A stretch of DNA of 64,000 bases, taken from the human T2T-CHM13v2.0 reference genome, Homo sapiens. Positions 24,301 through 38,602 of the stretch are shown in pieces. The translations under genes and the position numbers were made by a program. The notes under the pieces were generated by a model, which saw only the letters and a list, made by a program, of their open reading frames with translations, was not told the origin of the DNA and searched no databases. Location of the stretch: assembly GCF_009914755.1 (NCBI RefSeq), contig NC_060935.1. One strand, given 5' to 3'. Position 1 is the first letter of the stretch. Each line of letters begins with the position of its first letter.

Positions 24301-26600
24301 GGATATGTGGACCTCTGTGAAGATTTCGTTGGAAACGGGTTCATCTTCACAGAAAAACTAAACAGGAGCATTCTCAGAAACTGCTTTGTGATGTTTGTGT
24401 TCCACTTCAGGAATTGAACTTTCCTCTTGACAGAGCTGCTCTGAAACCCTCTTTTTCTAGAATCTGCATGTGGACATTTGGAGGGCTTTGAGGCCTGTGG
24501 TGGAAAAGGAAAATCTTCACATAAAAACTAGATGGAAGCATTCTCAGAAACTACTTTGTGATGATTGCATTCGACTCACAGAGTTGTACATTCCTATAGA
24601 TAGAGCAGGTTGTAAACAATCTTTTTGTAGAATCTGCGATTGGAGATTTGGACTGCTTTGAGGCCTACTGTAGTAAAGGAAATAACTTCATCTAAAAACC
24701 AAACGGAAGCATTCACAGACAATTCTTAGTGATCATTGGTTTGAAATAACTGAGCTGAACATTCCTTTAGATGGCGCAGTTTCCAAACACACTTTCTGTA
24801 GAATCTGCAAGTGGATATTTGGACCTCTCTGAGGATTTCGTTGGAAACGGGATAAACTTCCCAGAACTACACGGAAGCATTCTGAGAAACTTCTTTGTGA
24901 TGTTTGCATTCAACTCACAGAGTTGAACCTTGCTTTCATAGTTCAGCTTTGAAACACTCTTTTTGTAGAATCTGCAAGTGGATATTAGGACCACTTTGTG
25001 GCCTTCCTTCGAAACGGGTATATCTTCACATCAAACCTAGACAGAAGCATTCTCAGAATGTTTCCTGTGATGACTGCATTCAACTCACAGATGTGAACAA
25101 TCCTGCTGATGGAGCAGTTTTGAAACTCTCTTTCTTTGGATTCTGCAAGTGGATATGTGGACCTCTGTGAAGATTTCGTTGGAAACGGGTTCATCTTCAT
25201 AGAAAAACTAAACAGGAGCATTCTCAGAAACTGCTTTGTGATGTTTGTGTTCCACTTCAGGAATTGAACTTTCCTCTTGAGAGAGCAGCTCTGAATCCCT
25301 CTTTTTCTAGAATCTGCAAGTGGACATTTGGAGGGCTTTGAGGCCTGTGGTGGAAAAGGAAACTCTTCACATAAAAACTAGATGGAAGCATTCTCAGAAA
25401 CTACTTTGTGATGATTGCATTCGACTCACAGAGTTGAACATTCCTATAGATAGAGCAGGTTGTAAACAATCTTTTTGTAGAATCTGCGATTGGAGATTTG
25501 GACTGCTTTGAGGCCTACTGTAGTAAAGGAAATAACTTCATCTAAAAATCAAACGGAAGCATTCACAGACAATTCTTAGTGATCATTGGATTGAACTAAC
25601 AGAGCTGAACATTCCTTTAGATGGCGCAGTTTCCAAACACACTTTCTGTAGAATCTGCAAGTGAATATTTGGACCTCTCTGAGGATTTCGTTGGAAACGG
25701 TCTAAACTTCCCAGAACTACACGGAAGTATTCTGAGAAACTTCTTTGTGATGTTTGCATTCAACTCACAGAGTTGAACCTTGCTTTCATATTTCAGCTTT
25801 CAAACACTCTTTTTGTAGAATCTGCAAGTGGATATTTGGATCACTTTGTGGCCTTCCTTCGAAACGGGTATATCTTCACATCAAACCTAGACAGAAGCAT
25901 TCTCAGAATGTTTCCTGTGATGACTGCATTCAACTCACAGAGGTGAACAATCCTGCTGATGGACCAGTTTTGAAACTCTCTTTCTTTGGATTCTGCAAGT
26001 GGATATGTGGACCTCTGTGAAGATTTCGTTGGAAACGGGTTCATCTTCACAGAAAAACTAAACAGGAGCATTCTCAGAAACTGCTTTGTGATGTTTGTGT
26101 TCCACTTCAGGAATTGAACTTTCCTCTTGACAGAGCAGCTCTGAAACCCTCTTTTTCTAGAATCTGCAAGTGGAGATTTGGAGGGCTTTGAGGCCTGTGG
26201 TGGAATAGGAAAATCTTCACATAAAAACTAGATGGAAGCATTCTCAGAAACTACTTTGTGATGGTTGCATTCGACTCACAGAGTTGAACATTCCTATAGA
26301 TAGAGCAGGTTGTAAACAATCTTTTTGTAGAATCTGCGATTGGAGATTTGGACTGCTTTGAGGCCTTCTGTAGTAAAGGAAATAACTTCATCTAAAAACC
26401 AAACGGAAGCATTCACAGACAATTCTTAGTGATCATTGGATTGAACTAACAGAGCTGAACATTCCTTTAGATGGCGCAGTTTCCAAACACACTTTCTGTA
26501 GAATATGCAAGTGGATATTTGGACCTCTCTGAGGATTTCGTTGGAAACGGGCTAAACTTCCCAGAACTACACGGAAGCATTCTGAGAAACTTCTTTGTGA
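15301..26600 (+). repeat. Second copy of block 1-~11300 (offsets 15300/16149/15299; ~18 HOR)
   Basis: The same ordered SNV haplotypes recur: cactgaagc ~224/15524, ttccaaacggg ~1212/17361, gcacgttg ~1659/17808, catcatcac ~3097/19246, gaccgaagc ~7194/22493, gtgaatatt ~10365/25664. Confidence 0.85.
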
Positions 26601-29600
26601 TGTTTGCATTCAACTCACAGAGTTGAACCTTGCTTTCATAGTTCAGCTTTCAAACACTCTTTTTGTAGAATCTGCAAGTGGATATTTGGACCACTTTGTG
26701 GCCTTCCTTCGAAACGGGTATATCTTCACATCAAACCTAGACCGAAGCATTCTCAGAATGTTTCCTCTGATGACTGCTTTCAACTCACAGAGGTGAACAA
26801 TCCTGCTGATGGAGCAGTTTTGAAACTCTCTTTCTTTGGATTCTGCAAGTGGATATGTGGACCTCTGTGAAGATTTCGTTGGAAACGGGTTCATCTTCAC
26901 AGAAAAACTAAACAGGAGCATTCTCAGAAACTGCTTTGTGATGTTTGTGTTCCACTTCAGGAATTGAACTTTCCTCTTGACAGAGCAGCTCTGAAACCCT
27001 CTTTTTCTAGAATCTGCATGTGGACATTTGGAGGGCTTTGAGGCCTGTGGTGGAAAAGGAAAATATTCACATAAAAACTAGATGGAAGCATTCTCAGAAA
27101 CTACTTTGTGATGATTGCATTCGACTCACAGAGTTGTACATTCCTATAGATAGAGCAGGTTGTCAACAATCTTTTTGTAGAATCTGCGATTGGAGATTTG
27201 GACTGCTTTGAGGCCTACTGTAGTAAAGGAAATAACTTCATCTAAAAACCAAACGGAAGCATTCACAGACAATTCTTAGTGATCATTGGATTGAACTAAC
27301 AGAGCTGAACATTCCTTTAGATGGAGCAGATTCCAAACACACTTTCTGTAGAATCTGCAACTGGATATTTGGACCTCTCTGAGGATTTCGTTGGAAACGG
27401 GATAAACTTCCCAGAACTACACGGAAGCATTCTGAGAAACTTCTTTGTGATGTTTGCATTCAACTCACAGAGTTGAACCTTGCTTTCATAGTTCAGCTTT
27501 CAAACACTCTTTTTGTGGAATCTGCAAGTGGATATTTGGACCACTTTTTGGCCTTCCTTCGAAACGGGTATATCTTCGCATCAAACCTAGACAGAAGCAT
27601 TCTCAGAATGTTTCCTGCGATGACTGCATTCAACTCACAGAGGTGAACAATCCTGCTGATGGAGCAGTTTTGAAACTCTCTTTCTTTGGATTCTGCAAGT
27701 GGATATGTGGACCTCTGTGAAGATTTCGTTGGAAACGGGTTCATCTTCACAGAAAAACTAAACAGGAGCATTCTCAGAAACTGCTTTGTGATGTTTGTGT
27801 TCCACTTCAAGAATTGAACTTTCCTCTTGACAGAGCAGCTCTGAAACCCTCTTTTTCTAGAATCTGCAAGTGGACATTGGGAGGGCTTTGAGGCCTGTGG
27901 TGGAAAAGGAAAATCTTCACATAAAAACTAGATGGAAGCACTCTCAGAAACTACTTTGTGATGATTGCATTCGACTCACAGAGTTGAACATTCCTATAGA
28001 TAGAGCAGGTTGTAAACAATCTTTTTGTAGAATCTGCGATTGGAGATTTGGACTGCTTTGAGGCCTACTGTAGTAAAGGAAATAACTTCATCTAAAAACC
28101 AAACGGAAGCATTCACAGACAATTCTTAGTGATCATTGGATTGAAATAACTGAGCTGAACATTCCTTTAGATGGCGCAGTTTCCAAACACACTTTCTGTA
28201 GAATCTGCAAGTGGATATTTGGACCTCTCTGAGGATTTCGTTGGAAAAGGGATAAACTTCCCAGAACTACACGGAAGTATTCTGAGAAACTTCTTTGTGA
28301 TGTTTGCATTCAACTCACAGAGTTGAACCTTGCTTTCATAGTTCAGCTTTCAAACACTCTTTTTGTAGGATCTGCAAGTGGATATTTGGACCACTTTGTG
28401 GCCTTCCTTCGAAACGGGTATATCTAAACATCAAACCTAGACAGAAGCATTCTCAGAATGTTTCCTGTGATGACTGCATTCAACTCACAGAGGTGAACAA
28501 TCCTGCCGATGGACCAGTTTTGAAACTCTCTTTCTTTGGATTCTGCAAGTGGATATGTGGACCTCTGTGAACATTTCGTTGGAAACGGGTTCATCTTCAC
28601 AGAAAAACTAAACAGGAGCATTCTCAGAAACTGCTTTGTGATGTTTGTGTTCCACTTCAGGAATTGAACTTTCCTCTTGACAGAGCAGCTCTGAAACCCT
28701 CTTTTTCTAGAATCTGCAAGTGGACATTTGGAGGGCTTTGAGGCCTGTGGTGGAAAAGGAAAATCTTCACATAAAAACTAGATGGAAGCATTCTCAGAAA
28801 CTACTTTGTGATGGTTGCATTCGACTCACAGAGTTGAACATTCCTATAGATAGAGCAGGTTGTAAACAATCTTTTTGTAGAATCTGCGATTGGAGATTTG
28901 GACTGCTTTGAGGCCTACTGTAGTAAAGGAAATAACTTCATCTAAAAACCAAACGGAAGCATTCACAGACAATTCTTAGTGATCATTGGATTGAACTAAC
29001 AGAGCTGAACATTCCCTTAGATGGAGCAGTTTCCAAACACACTTTCTGTAGAATCTGGAAGTGGATATTTGGACCTCTCTGAGGATTTCGTTGGAAACGG
29101 GCTAATCTTCCCAGAACTACACGGAAGCATTCTGAGAAACTTCTTTGTGATGTTTGTATTCAACTCACAGAGTTGAACCTTGCTTTCATAGTTCAGCTTT
29201 CAAACACTCTTTTTGTAGAATCTGCAAGTGGATATTAGGACCACTTTGTGGCCTTCCTTCGAAACGGGTATATCTTCACATCAAACCTAGACAGAAGCAT
29301 TCTCAGAATGTTTCCTGTGATGACTGCATTCAACTCACAGAGGTGAACAATCCTGCTGATGGAGCAGTTTTGAAACTCTCTTTCTTTGGATTCTGCAAGT
29401 GGATATGTGGACCTCTGTGAAGATTTCGTTGGAAACGGGTTCATCTTCACAGAAAAACTAAACAGGAGCATTCTCAGAAACTGCTTTGTGATGTTTGTGT
29501 TCCACTTCAGGAATTGAACTTTCCTCTTGACAGAGCTGCTCTGAAACCCTCTTTTTCTAGAATCTGCATGTGGACATTTGGAGGGCTTTGAGGCCTGTGG

Positions 29601-32600
29601 TGGAAAAGGAAAATCTTCACATAAAAACTAGATGGAAGCATTCTCAGAAACTACTTTGTGATGATTGCATTCGACTCACAGAGTTGTACATTCCTATAGA
29701 TAGAGCAGGTTGTAAACAATCTTTTTGTAGAATCTGCGATTGGAGATTTGGACTGCTTTGAGGCCTACTGTAGTAAAGGAAATAACTTCATCTAAAAACC
29801 AAACGGAAGCATTCACAGACAATTCTTAGTGATCATTGGCTTGAAATAACTGAGCTGAACATTCCTTTAGATGGCGCAGTTTCCAAACACACTTTCTGTA
29901 GAATCTGCAAGTGGATATTTGGACCTCTCTGAGGATTTCGTTGGAAACGGGATAAACTTCCCAGAACTACACGGAAGCATTCTGAGAAACTTCTTTGTGA
30001 TGTTTGCATTCAACTCACAGAGTTGAACCTTGCTTTCATAGTTCAGCTTTGAAACACTCTTTTTGTAGAATCTGCAAGTGGATATTAGGACCACTTTGTG
30101 GCCTTCCTTCGAAACGGGTATATCTTCACATCAAACCTAGACAGAAGCATTCTCAGAATGTTTCCTGTGATGACTGCATTCAACTCACAGATGTGAACAA
30201 TCCTGCTGATGGAGCAGTTTTGAAACTCTCTTTCTTTGGATTCTGCAAGTGGATATGTGGACCTCTGTGAAGATTTCGTTGGAAACGGGTTCATCTTCAC
30301 AGAAAAACTAAACAGGAGCATTCTCAGAAACTGCTTTGTGATGTTTGTGTTCCACTTCAGGAATTGAACTTTCCTCTTGAGAGAGCAGCTCTGAATCCCT
30401 CTTTTTCTAGAATCTGCAAGTGGACATTTGGAGGGCTTTGAGGCCTGTGGTGGAAAAGGAAACTCTTCACATAAAAACTAGATGGAAGCATTCTCAGAAA
30501 CTACTTTGTGATGATTGCATTCGACTCACAGAGTTGAACATTCCTATAGATAGAGCAGGTTGTAAACAATCTTTTTGTAGAATCTGCGATTGGAGATTTG
30601 GACTGCTTTGAGGCCTACTGTAGTAAAGGAAATAACTTCATCTAAAAATCAAACGGAAGCATTCACAGACAATTCTTAGTGATCATTGGATTGAACTAAC
30701 AGAGCTGAACATTCCTTTAGATGGCGCAGTTTCCAAACACACTTTCTGTAGAATCTGCAAGTGAATATTTGGACCTCTCTGAGGATTTCGTTGGAAACGG
30801 TCTAAACTTCCCAGAACTACACGGAAGTATTCTGAGAAACTTCTTTGTGATGTTTGCATTCAACTCACAGAGTTGAACCTTGCTTTCATATTTCAGCTTT
30901 CAAACACTCTTTTTGTAGAATCTGCAAGTGGATATTTGGATCACTTTGTGGCCTTCCTTCGAAACGGGTATATCTTCACATCAAACCTAGACAGAAGCAT
31001 TCTCAGAATGTTTCCTGTGATGACTGCATTCAACTCACAGAGGTGAACAATCCTGCTGATGGACCAGTTTTGAAACTCTCTTTCTTTGGATTCTGCAAGT
31101 GGATATGTGGACCTCTGTGAAGATTTCGTTGGAAACGGGTTCATCTTCACAGAAAAACTAAACAGGAGCATTCTCAGAAACTGCTTTGTGATGTTTGTGT
31201 TCCACTTCAGGAATTGAACTTTCCTCTTGACAGAGCAGCTCTGAAACCCTCTTTTTCTAGAATCTGCAAGTGGAGATTTGGAGGGCTTTGAGGCCTGTGG
31301 TGGAATAGGAAAATCTTCACATAAAAACTAGATGGAAGCATTCTCAGAAACTACTTTGTGATGGTTGCATTCGACTCACAGAGTTGAACATTCCTATAGA
31401 TAGAGCAGGTTGTAAACAATCTTTTTGTAGAATCTGCGATTGGAGATTTGGACTGCTTTGAGGCCTTCTGTAGTAAAGGAAATAACTTCATCTAAAAACC
31501 AAACGGAAGCATTCACAGACAATTCTTAGTGATCATTGGATTGAACTAACAGAGCTGAACATTCCTTTAGATGGCGCAGTTTCCAAACACACTTTCTGTA
31601 GAATATGCAAGTGGATATTTGGACCTCTCTGAGGATTTCGTTGGAAACGGGCTAAACTTCCCAGAACTACACGGAAGCATTCTGAGAAACTTCTTTGTGA
31701 TGTTTGCATTCAACTCACAGAGTTGAACCTTGCTTTCATAGTTCAGCTTTCAAACACTCTTTTTGTAGAATCTGCAAGTGGATATTTGGACCACTTTGTG
31801 GCCTTCCTTCGAAACGGGTATATCTTCACATCAAACCTAGACCGAAGCATTCTCAGAATGTTTCCTCTGATGACTGCTTTCAACTCACAGAGGTGAACAA
31901 TCCTGCTGATGGAGCAGTTTTGAAACTCTCTTTCTTTGGATTCTGCAAGTGGATATGTGGACCTCTGTGAAGATTTCGTTGGAAACGGGTTCATCTTCAC
32001 AGAAAAACTAAACAGGAGCATTCTCAGAAACTGCTTTGTGATGTTTGTGTTCCACTTCAGGAATTGAACTTTCCTCTTGACAGAGCAGCTCTGAAACCCT
32101 CTTTTTCTAGAATCTGCATGTGGACATTTGGAGGGCTTTGAGGCCTGTGGTGGAAAAGGAAAATATTCACATAAAAACTAGATGGAAGCATTCTCAGAAA
32201 CTACTTTGTGATGATTGCATTCGACTCACAGAGTTGTACATTCCTATAGATAGAGCAGGTTGTCAACAATCTTTTTGTAGAATCTGCGATTGGAGATTTG
32301 GACTGCTTTGAGGCCTACTGTAGTAAAGGAAATAACTTCATCTAAAAACCAAACGGAAGCATTCACAGACAATTCTTAGTGATCATTGGATTGAACTAAC
32401 AGAGCTGAACATTCCTTTAGATGGAGCAGATTCCAAACACACTTTCTGTAGAATCTGCAACTGGATATTTGGACCTCTCTGAGGATTTCGTTGGAAACGG
32501 GATAAACTTCCCAGAACTACACGGAAGCATTCTGAGAAACTTCTTTGTGATGTTTGCATTCAACTCACAGAGTTGAACCTTGCTTTCATAGTTCAGCTTT

Positions 32601-33240
32601 CAAACACTCTTTTTGTGGAATCTGCAAGTGGATATTTGGATCACTTTTTGGCCTTCCTTCGAAACGGGTATATCTTCGCATCAAACCTAGACAGAAGCAT
32701 TCTCAGAATGTTTCCTGCGATGACTGCATTCAACTCACAGAGGTGAACAATCCTGCTGATGGAGCAGTTTTGAAACTCTCTTTCTTTGGATTCTGCAAGT
32801 GGATATGTGGACCTCTGTGAAGATTTCGTTGGAAACGGGTTCATCTTCACAGAAAAACTAAACAGGAGCATTCTCAGAAACTGCTTTGTGATGTTTGTGT
32901 TCCACTTCAAGAATTGAACTTTCCTCTTGACAGAGCAGCTCTGAAACCCTCTTTTTCTAGAATCTGCAAGTGGACATTGGGAGGGCTTTGAGGCCTGTGG
33001 TGGAAAAGGAAAATCTTCACATAAAAACTAGATGGAAGCACTCTCAGAAACTACTTTGTGATGATTGCATTCGACTCACAGAGTTGAACATTCCTATAGA
33101 TAGAGCAGGTTGTAAACAATCTTTTTGTAGAATCTGCGATTGGAGATTTGGACTGCTTTGAGGCCTACTGTAGTAAAGGAAATAACTTCATCTAAAAACC
33201 AAACGGAAGCATTCACAGACAATTCTTAGTGATCATTGGA
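22920..33240 (+). repeat. Near-perfect tandem duplication with 6-HOR (5100 bp) period
   Basis: SNVs repeat at +5100: tatctaaac ~23326/28426, gactgcttt ~26778/31878, ttgtggaa ~27517/32617, cattggg ~27879/32979. Only a handful of differences were seen. Confidence 0.9.
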
Positions 33241-36200
33241 TTGAACTAACAGAGCTGAACATTCCTTTAGATGGCGCAGTTTCGAAACACACTTTCTGTA
33301 GAATCTGCCACTGGATATTTGGACCTCTCTGAGGATTTCGTTGGAAACGGGCTAAGCTTCCCAGAACTACACGGAAGCATTCTGAGAAACTTCTTTGTGA
33401 TGTTTGCATTCAACTCACAGAGTTGAACCTTGCTTTCATAGTTCAGCTTTCAAACACTCTTTTTGTAGAATCTGCAAGTGGATATTTGGACCACTTTGTG
33501 GCCTTCCTTCGAAACGGGTATATCTTCACATCAAACCTAGACAGAAGCATTCTCAGAATGTTTTCTGTGATGACTGCATTCAACTCACAGAGGTGAACAA
33601 TCCTGTTGATGGAGCAGTTTTGAAACTGTCTTTCTTTGGATTCTGCAAGTGGATATGTGGACCTCTGTGAAGATTTCGTTGGAAACGGGTTCATCTTCAC
33701 AGAAAAACTAAACAGGAGCATTCTCAGAAACTGCTTTGTGATGTTTGTGTTCCACTTCAAGAATTGAACTTTCCTCTTGACAGAGCAGCTCTGAAACCCT
33801 CTTTTTCTAGAATCTGCAAGTGGACATTTGGAGGGCTTTGAGGCCTGTGGTGGAAAAGGAAAATCTTCACATAAAAACTAGATGGAAGCATTCTCAGAAA
33901 CTACTTTGTGATGATTGCATTCGACTCACAGAGTTGAACATTCCTATAGATAGAGCAGGTTGAAAACAATCTTTTTGTAGAATCTGCGATTGGAGATTTG
34001 GACTGCTTTGAGGCATACTGTAGTAAAGGAAATAACTTCATCTAAAAACCAAACGGAAGCATTCACAGACAATTCTTAGTGATCATTGGATTGAACTAAC
34101 AGAGCTGAACATTCCTTTAGATGGCGCAGTTTCCAAACACACTTTCTGTAGAATCTGCAAGTGGATATTTGGACCTCTCTGAGGATTTCGTTGGAAACGG
34201 GATAAACTTCCCAGAACTACACGGAAGTATTCTGAGAAACTTCTTTGTGATGTTTGCATTCAACTCACAGAGTTGAACCTTGCTTTCATAGTTCAGCTTT
34301 CAAACACTCTTTTTGTAGAATCTGCAAGTGGATATTTGGACCACTTTGTGGCCTTCCTTCCAAACGGGTATATCTTCACATCAAACCTAGACAGAAGCAT
34401 TCTCAGAATGTTTCCTGTGATGACTGCATTCAACTCACAGAGGTAAACAATCCTGCTGATGGAGCAGTTTTGAAACTCTGTTTCTTTGGATTCTGCAAGT
34501 GGATATGTGGATCTCTGTGAAGATTTCGTTGGAAACGGGTTCATCTTCACAGAAAAAATAACCAGGAGCATTCTCAGAAACTGCTTTGTGATGTTTGTGT
34601 TCCACTTCAGGAATTGAACTTTCCTCTTGACAGAGCAGCTCTGAAACCCTCTTTTTCTAGAATCTGCAAGTGGACATTTGGAGGGCTTTGAGGCCTGTGG
34701 TGGAAAAGGAAACTCTTCACATAAAAACTAGATGGAAGCATTCTCAGAAACTACTTTGTGATGATTGCATTCGACTCACAGAGTTGAACATTCCTATAGA
34801 TAGAGCAGGTTGTAAACAATCTTTTTGTAGAATCTGTGATTGGAGATTTGGACTGCTTTGAGGCCTACTGTAGTAAAGGAAATAACTTCATCTAAAAACC
34901 AAACGGAAGCATTCACAGACAATTCTTAGTGATCATTGGATTGAACTAACAGAGCTGAACATTCCTTTAGATGGAGCAGATTCCAAACACACTTTCTGTA
35001 GAATCTGCAACTGGATATTTGGACCTCTCTGAGGATTTCGTTGGAAACGGGATAAACTTCCCAGAACTACACGGAAGCATTCTGAGAAACTTCTTTGTGA
35101 TGTTTGCATTCAACTCACAGAGTTGAACCTTGCTTTCATAGTTCAGCTTTCAAACACTCTTTTTGTAGAATCTGCAAGTGGATATTTGGACCACTTTTTG
35201 GCCTTCCTTCGAAACGGGTATATCTTCGCATGAAACCTAGACAGAAGCATTCTCAGAATGTTTCCTGCGATGACTGCATTCAACTCACAGAGGTGAACAA
35301 TCCTGCTGATGGAGCAGTTTTGAAACTCTCTTTCTTTGGATTCTGCAAGTGGATATGTGGACCTCTGTGAAGATTTTGTTGGAAACGGGTTCATCTTCAC
35401 AGAAAAACTAAACAGGAGCATTCTCAGAAACTGCTTTGTGATGTTTGTGTTCCACTTCAAGAATTGAACTTTCCTCTTGACAGAGCAGCTCTGAAACCCT
35501 CTTTTTCTAGAATCTGCAAGTGGACATTGGGAGGGCATTGAGGCCTGTGGTGGAAAAGGAAAATCTTCACATAAAAACTAGATGGAAGCACTCTCAGAAA
35601 CTACTTTGTGATGATTGCATTCGACTCACAGAGTTGAACATTCCTATAGATAGAGCAGGTTGTAAACAATCTTTTTGTAGAATCTGCGATTGGAGATTTG
35701 GACTGCTTTGAGGCCTACTGTAGTAAAGGAAATAACTTCATCTAAAAACCAAACGGAAGCATTCACAGACAATTCTTAGTGATCATTGGATTGAACTAAC
35801 AGAGCTGAACATTCCTTTAGATGGCGCAGTTTCCAAACACACTTTCTGTAGAATCTGCCACTGGATATTTGGACCTCTCTGAGGATTTCGTTGGAAACGG
35901 GCTAAACTTCCCAGAACTACACGGAAGCATTCTGAGAAACTTCTTTGTGATGTTTGCATTCAACTCACAGAGTTGAACCTTGCTTTCATAGTTCAGCTTT
36001 CAAACACTCTTTTTGTAGAATCTGCAAGTGGATATTTGGACCACTTTGTGGCCTTCCTTCGATACGGGTATATCTTCACATCAAACCTAGACAGAAGCAT
36101 TCTCAGAATGTTTTCTGTGATGACTGCATTCAACTCACAGAGGTGAACAATCCTGTTGATGGACCAGTTTTGAAACTCTCTTTCTTTGGATTCTGCAAGT

Positions 36201-36902
36201 GGATATGTGGACCTCTGTGAAGATTTCGTTGGAAACGGGTTCATCTTCACAGAAAAACTAAACAGGAGCATTCTCAGAAACTGCTTTGTGATGTTTGTGT
36301 TCCACTTCATGAATTGAACATTCCTCTTGACAGAGCAGCTCTGAAACCCTCTTTTTCTAGAATCTGCAAGTGGACATTTGGAGGGCTTTGAGGCCTGTGG
36401 TGGAAAAGGAAAATCTTCACATAAAAACTAGATGGAAGCATTCTCAGAAACTACTTTGTGATGATTGCATTCGACTCACAGAGTTGAACATTCCTATAGA
36501 TAGAGCAAGTTGTAAACAATCTTTTTGTAGAATCTGCGATTAGAGATTTGGACTGCTTTGAGGCCTACTGTAGTAAAGGAAATAACTTCATCTAAAAACC
36601 AAACGGAAGCATTCACAGACAATTCTTAGTGATCATTGGATTGAACTAACAGAGCTGAACATTCCTTTAGATGGCGCAGTTTCCAAACACACTTTCTGTA
36701 GAATCTGCCACTGGATATTTGGAACTCTCTGAGGATTTCGTTGGAAACGGGCTAAACTTCCCAGAACTACACGGAAGCATTCTGAGAAACTTCTTTGTGA
36801 TGTTTGCATTCAACTCACAGAGTTGAACCTTGCTTTCATAGTTCAGCTTTCAAACACTCTTTTTGTAGAATCTGCAAGTGGATATTTGGACCACTTTGTG
36901 GC

Positions 36903-36919
36903 CTTCGTTCGAAACGGGT
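36903..36919 (+). promoter_or_regulatory. Intact CENP-B box in monomer 2 (variant HOR)
   Basis: CTTCGTTCGAAACGGGT satisfies NTTCGNNNNANNCGGGN. Confidence 0.85.
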
Positions 36920-38602
36920 ATACCTTCACATCAAACCTAGACAGAAGCATTCTCAGAATGTTTCCTGTGATGACTGCATTCAACTCACAGAGGTGAACAA
37001 TCCTGCTGATGGAGCAGTTTTGAAACTCTCTTTCTTTGGATTCTGCAAGTGGATATGTGGACCTCTGTGAAGATTTCGTTGGAAACGGGTTCATCTTCAC
37101 AGAAAAACTAAACAGGAGCATTCTCAGAAACTGCTTTGTGATGTTTGTGTTCCACTTCAGGAATTGAACTTTCCTCTTGAGAGAGCAGCTGTGAAACCCT
37201 CTTTTTCTAGAATCTGCAAGTGGACATTTGGAGGGCTTTGAGGCCTGTGGTGGAAAAGGAAACTCTTCACATAAAAACTAGATGGAAGCATTCTCAGAAA
37301 CTACTTTGCGATGATTGCATTCGACTCACAGAGTTGAACATTCCTATAGATAGAGCAGGTTGTAAACAATCTTTTTGTAGAATCTGCGATTGGAGATTTG
37401 GACTGCTTTGAGGCCTACTGTCGTAAAGGAAATAACTTCATCTAAAAACCAAACGGAAGCATTCACAGACAATTCTTAGTGATCATTGGATTGAACTAAC
37501 AGAGCTGAACATTCCTTTAGATGGCGCAGTTTCCAAACACACTTTCTGTAGAATCTGCAAGTGGATATTTGGACCTCTCTGAGGATTTCGTTGGAAAGGG
37601 GCTAAACTTCCCAGAACTACACGGAAGCATTCTGAGAAACTTCTTTGTGATGTTTGCATTCAACTCACAGAGTTGAACCTTGCTTTCATAGTTCAGCTTT
37701 CAAACACTCTTTTTGTAGAATCTGCAAGTGGATATTTGGACCACTTTGTGGCCTTCCTTCGAAACGGGTATATCTTCACATCAAACCTAGACCGAAGCAT
37801 TCTCAGAATTTTTCCTGCGATGACTGCAATCAACACACAGAGGTTAACAATCCTGCTGATGGAGCAGTTTTGAAACTCTCTTTCTTTGGATTCTGCAAGT
37901 GGATATGTGGACCTCTGTGAAGATTTCGTTGGAAACGGGTTCATCTTCACAGAAAAACTAAACAGGAGCATTCTCAGAAACTGCTTTGTGATGTTTGTGT
38001 TCCACTTCAAGAATTGAACTTTCTTTTTGACAGAGCAGCTCTGAAACCCTCTTTTTCTAGAATCTGCAACTGGACATTTGGAGGCCTTTCAGGCCTGTGG
38101 TGGAAAAGGAAAATCTTCACATAAAAACTAGATTGAAGCATTCTCAGAAACTACTTTGCGATGATTGCATTCGACTCACAGAGTTGAACATTCCTATAGA
38201 TAGAGCAGGTTGTAAACAATCTTTTTGTAGAATCTGCGATTGGAGATTTGGACTGCTTTGAGGCCTACTGTAGTAAAGGAAATAACTTCATCTAAAAACC
38301 AAACGGAAGCATTCACAGACAATTCTTAGTGATCATTGGATTGAACTAACAGAGCTGAACATTCCTTTAGATGGAGCAGTTTCCAAACACACTTTCTGTA
38401 GAATCTGCCACTGGATATTTGGAACTCTCTGAGGATTTCGTTGGAAACGGGCTAAACTTCCCACAACTACACGGAAGCATTCTGAGAAACTTCTTTGTGA
38501 TGTTTGCATTCAACTCACAGAGTTGAACCTTGCTTTCATAGTTCAGCTTTCAAACACTCTTTTTGTAGAATCTGCAAGTGGATATTTGGACCACTTTGTG
38601 GC

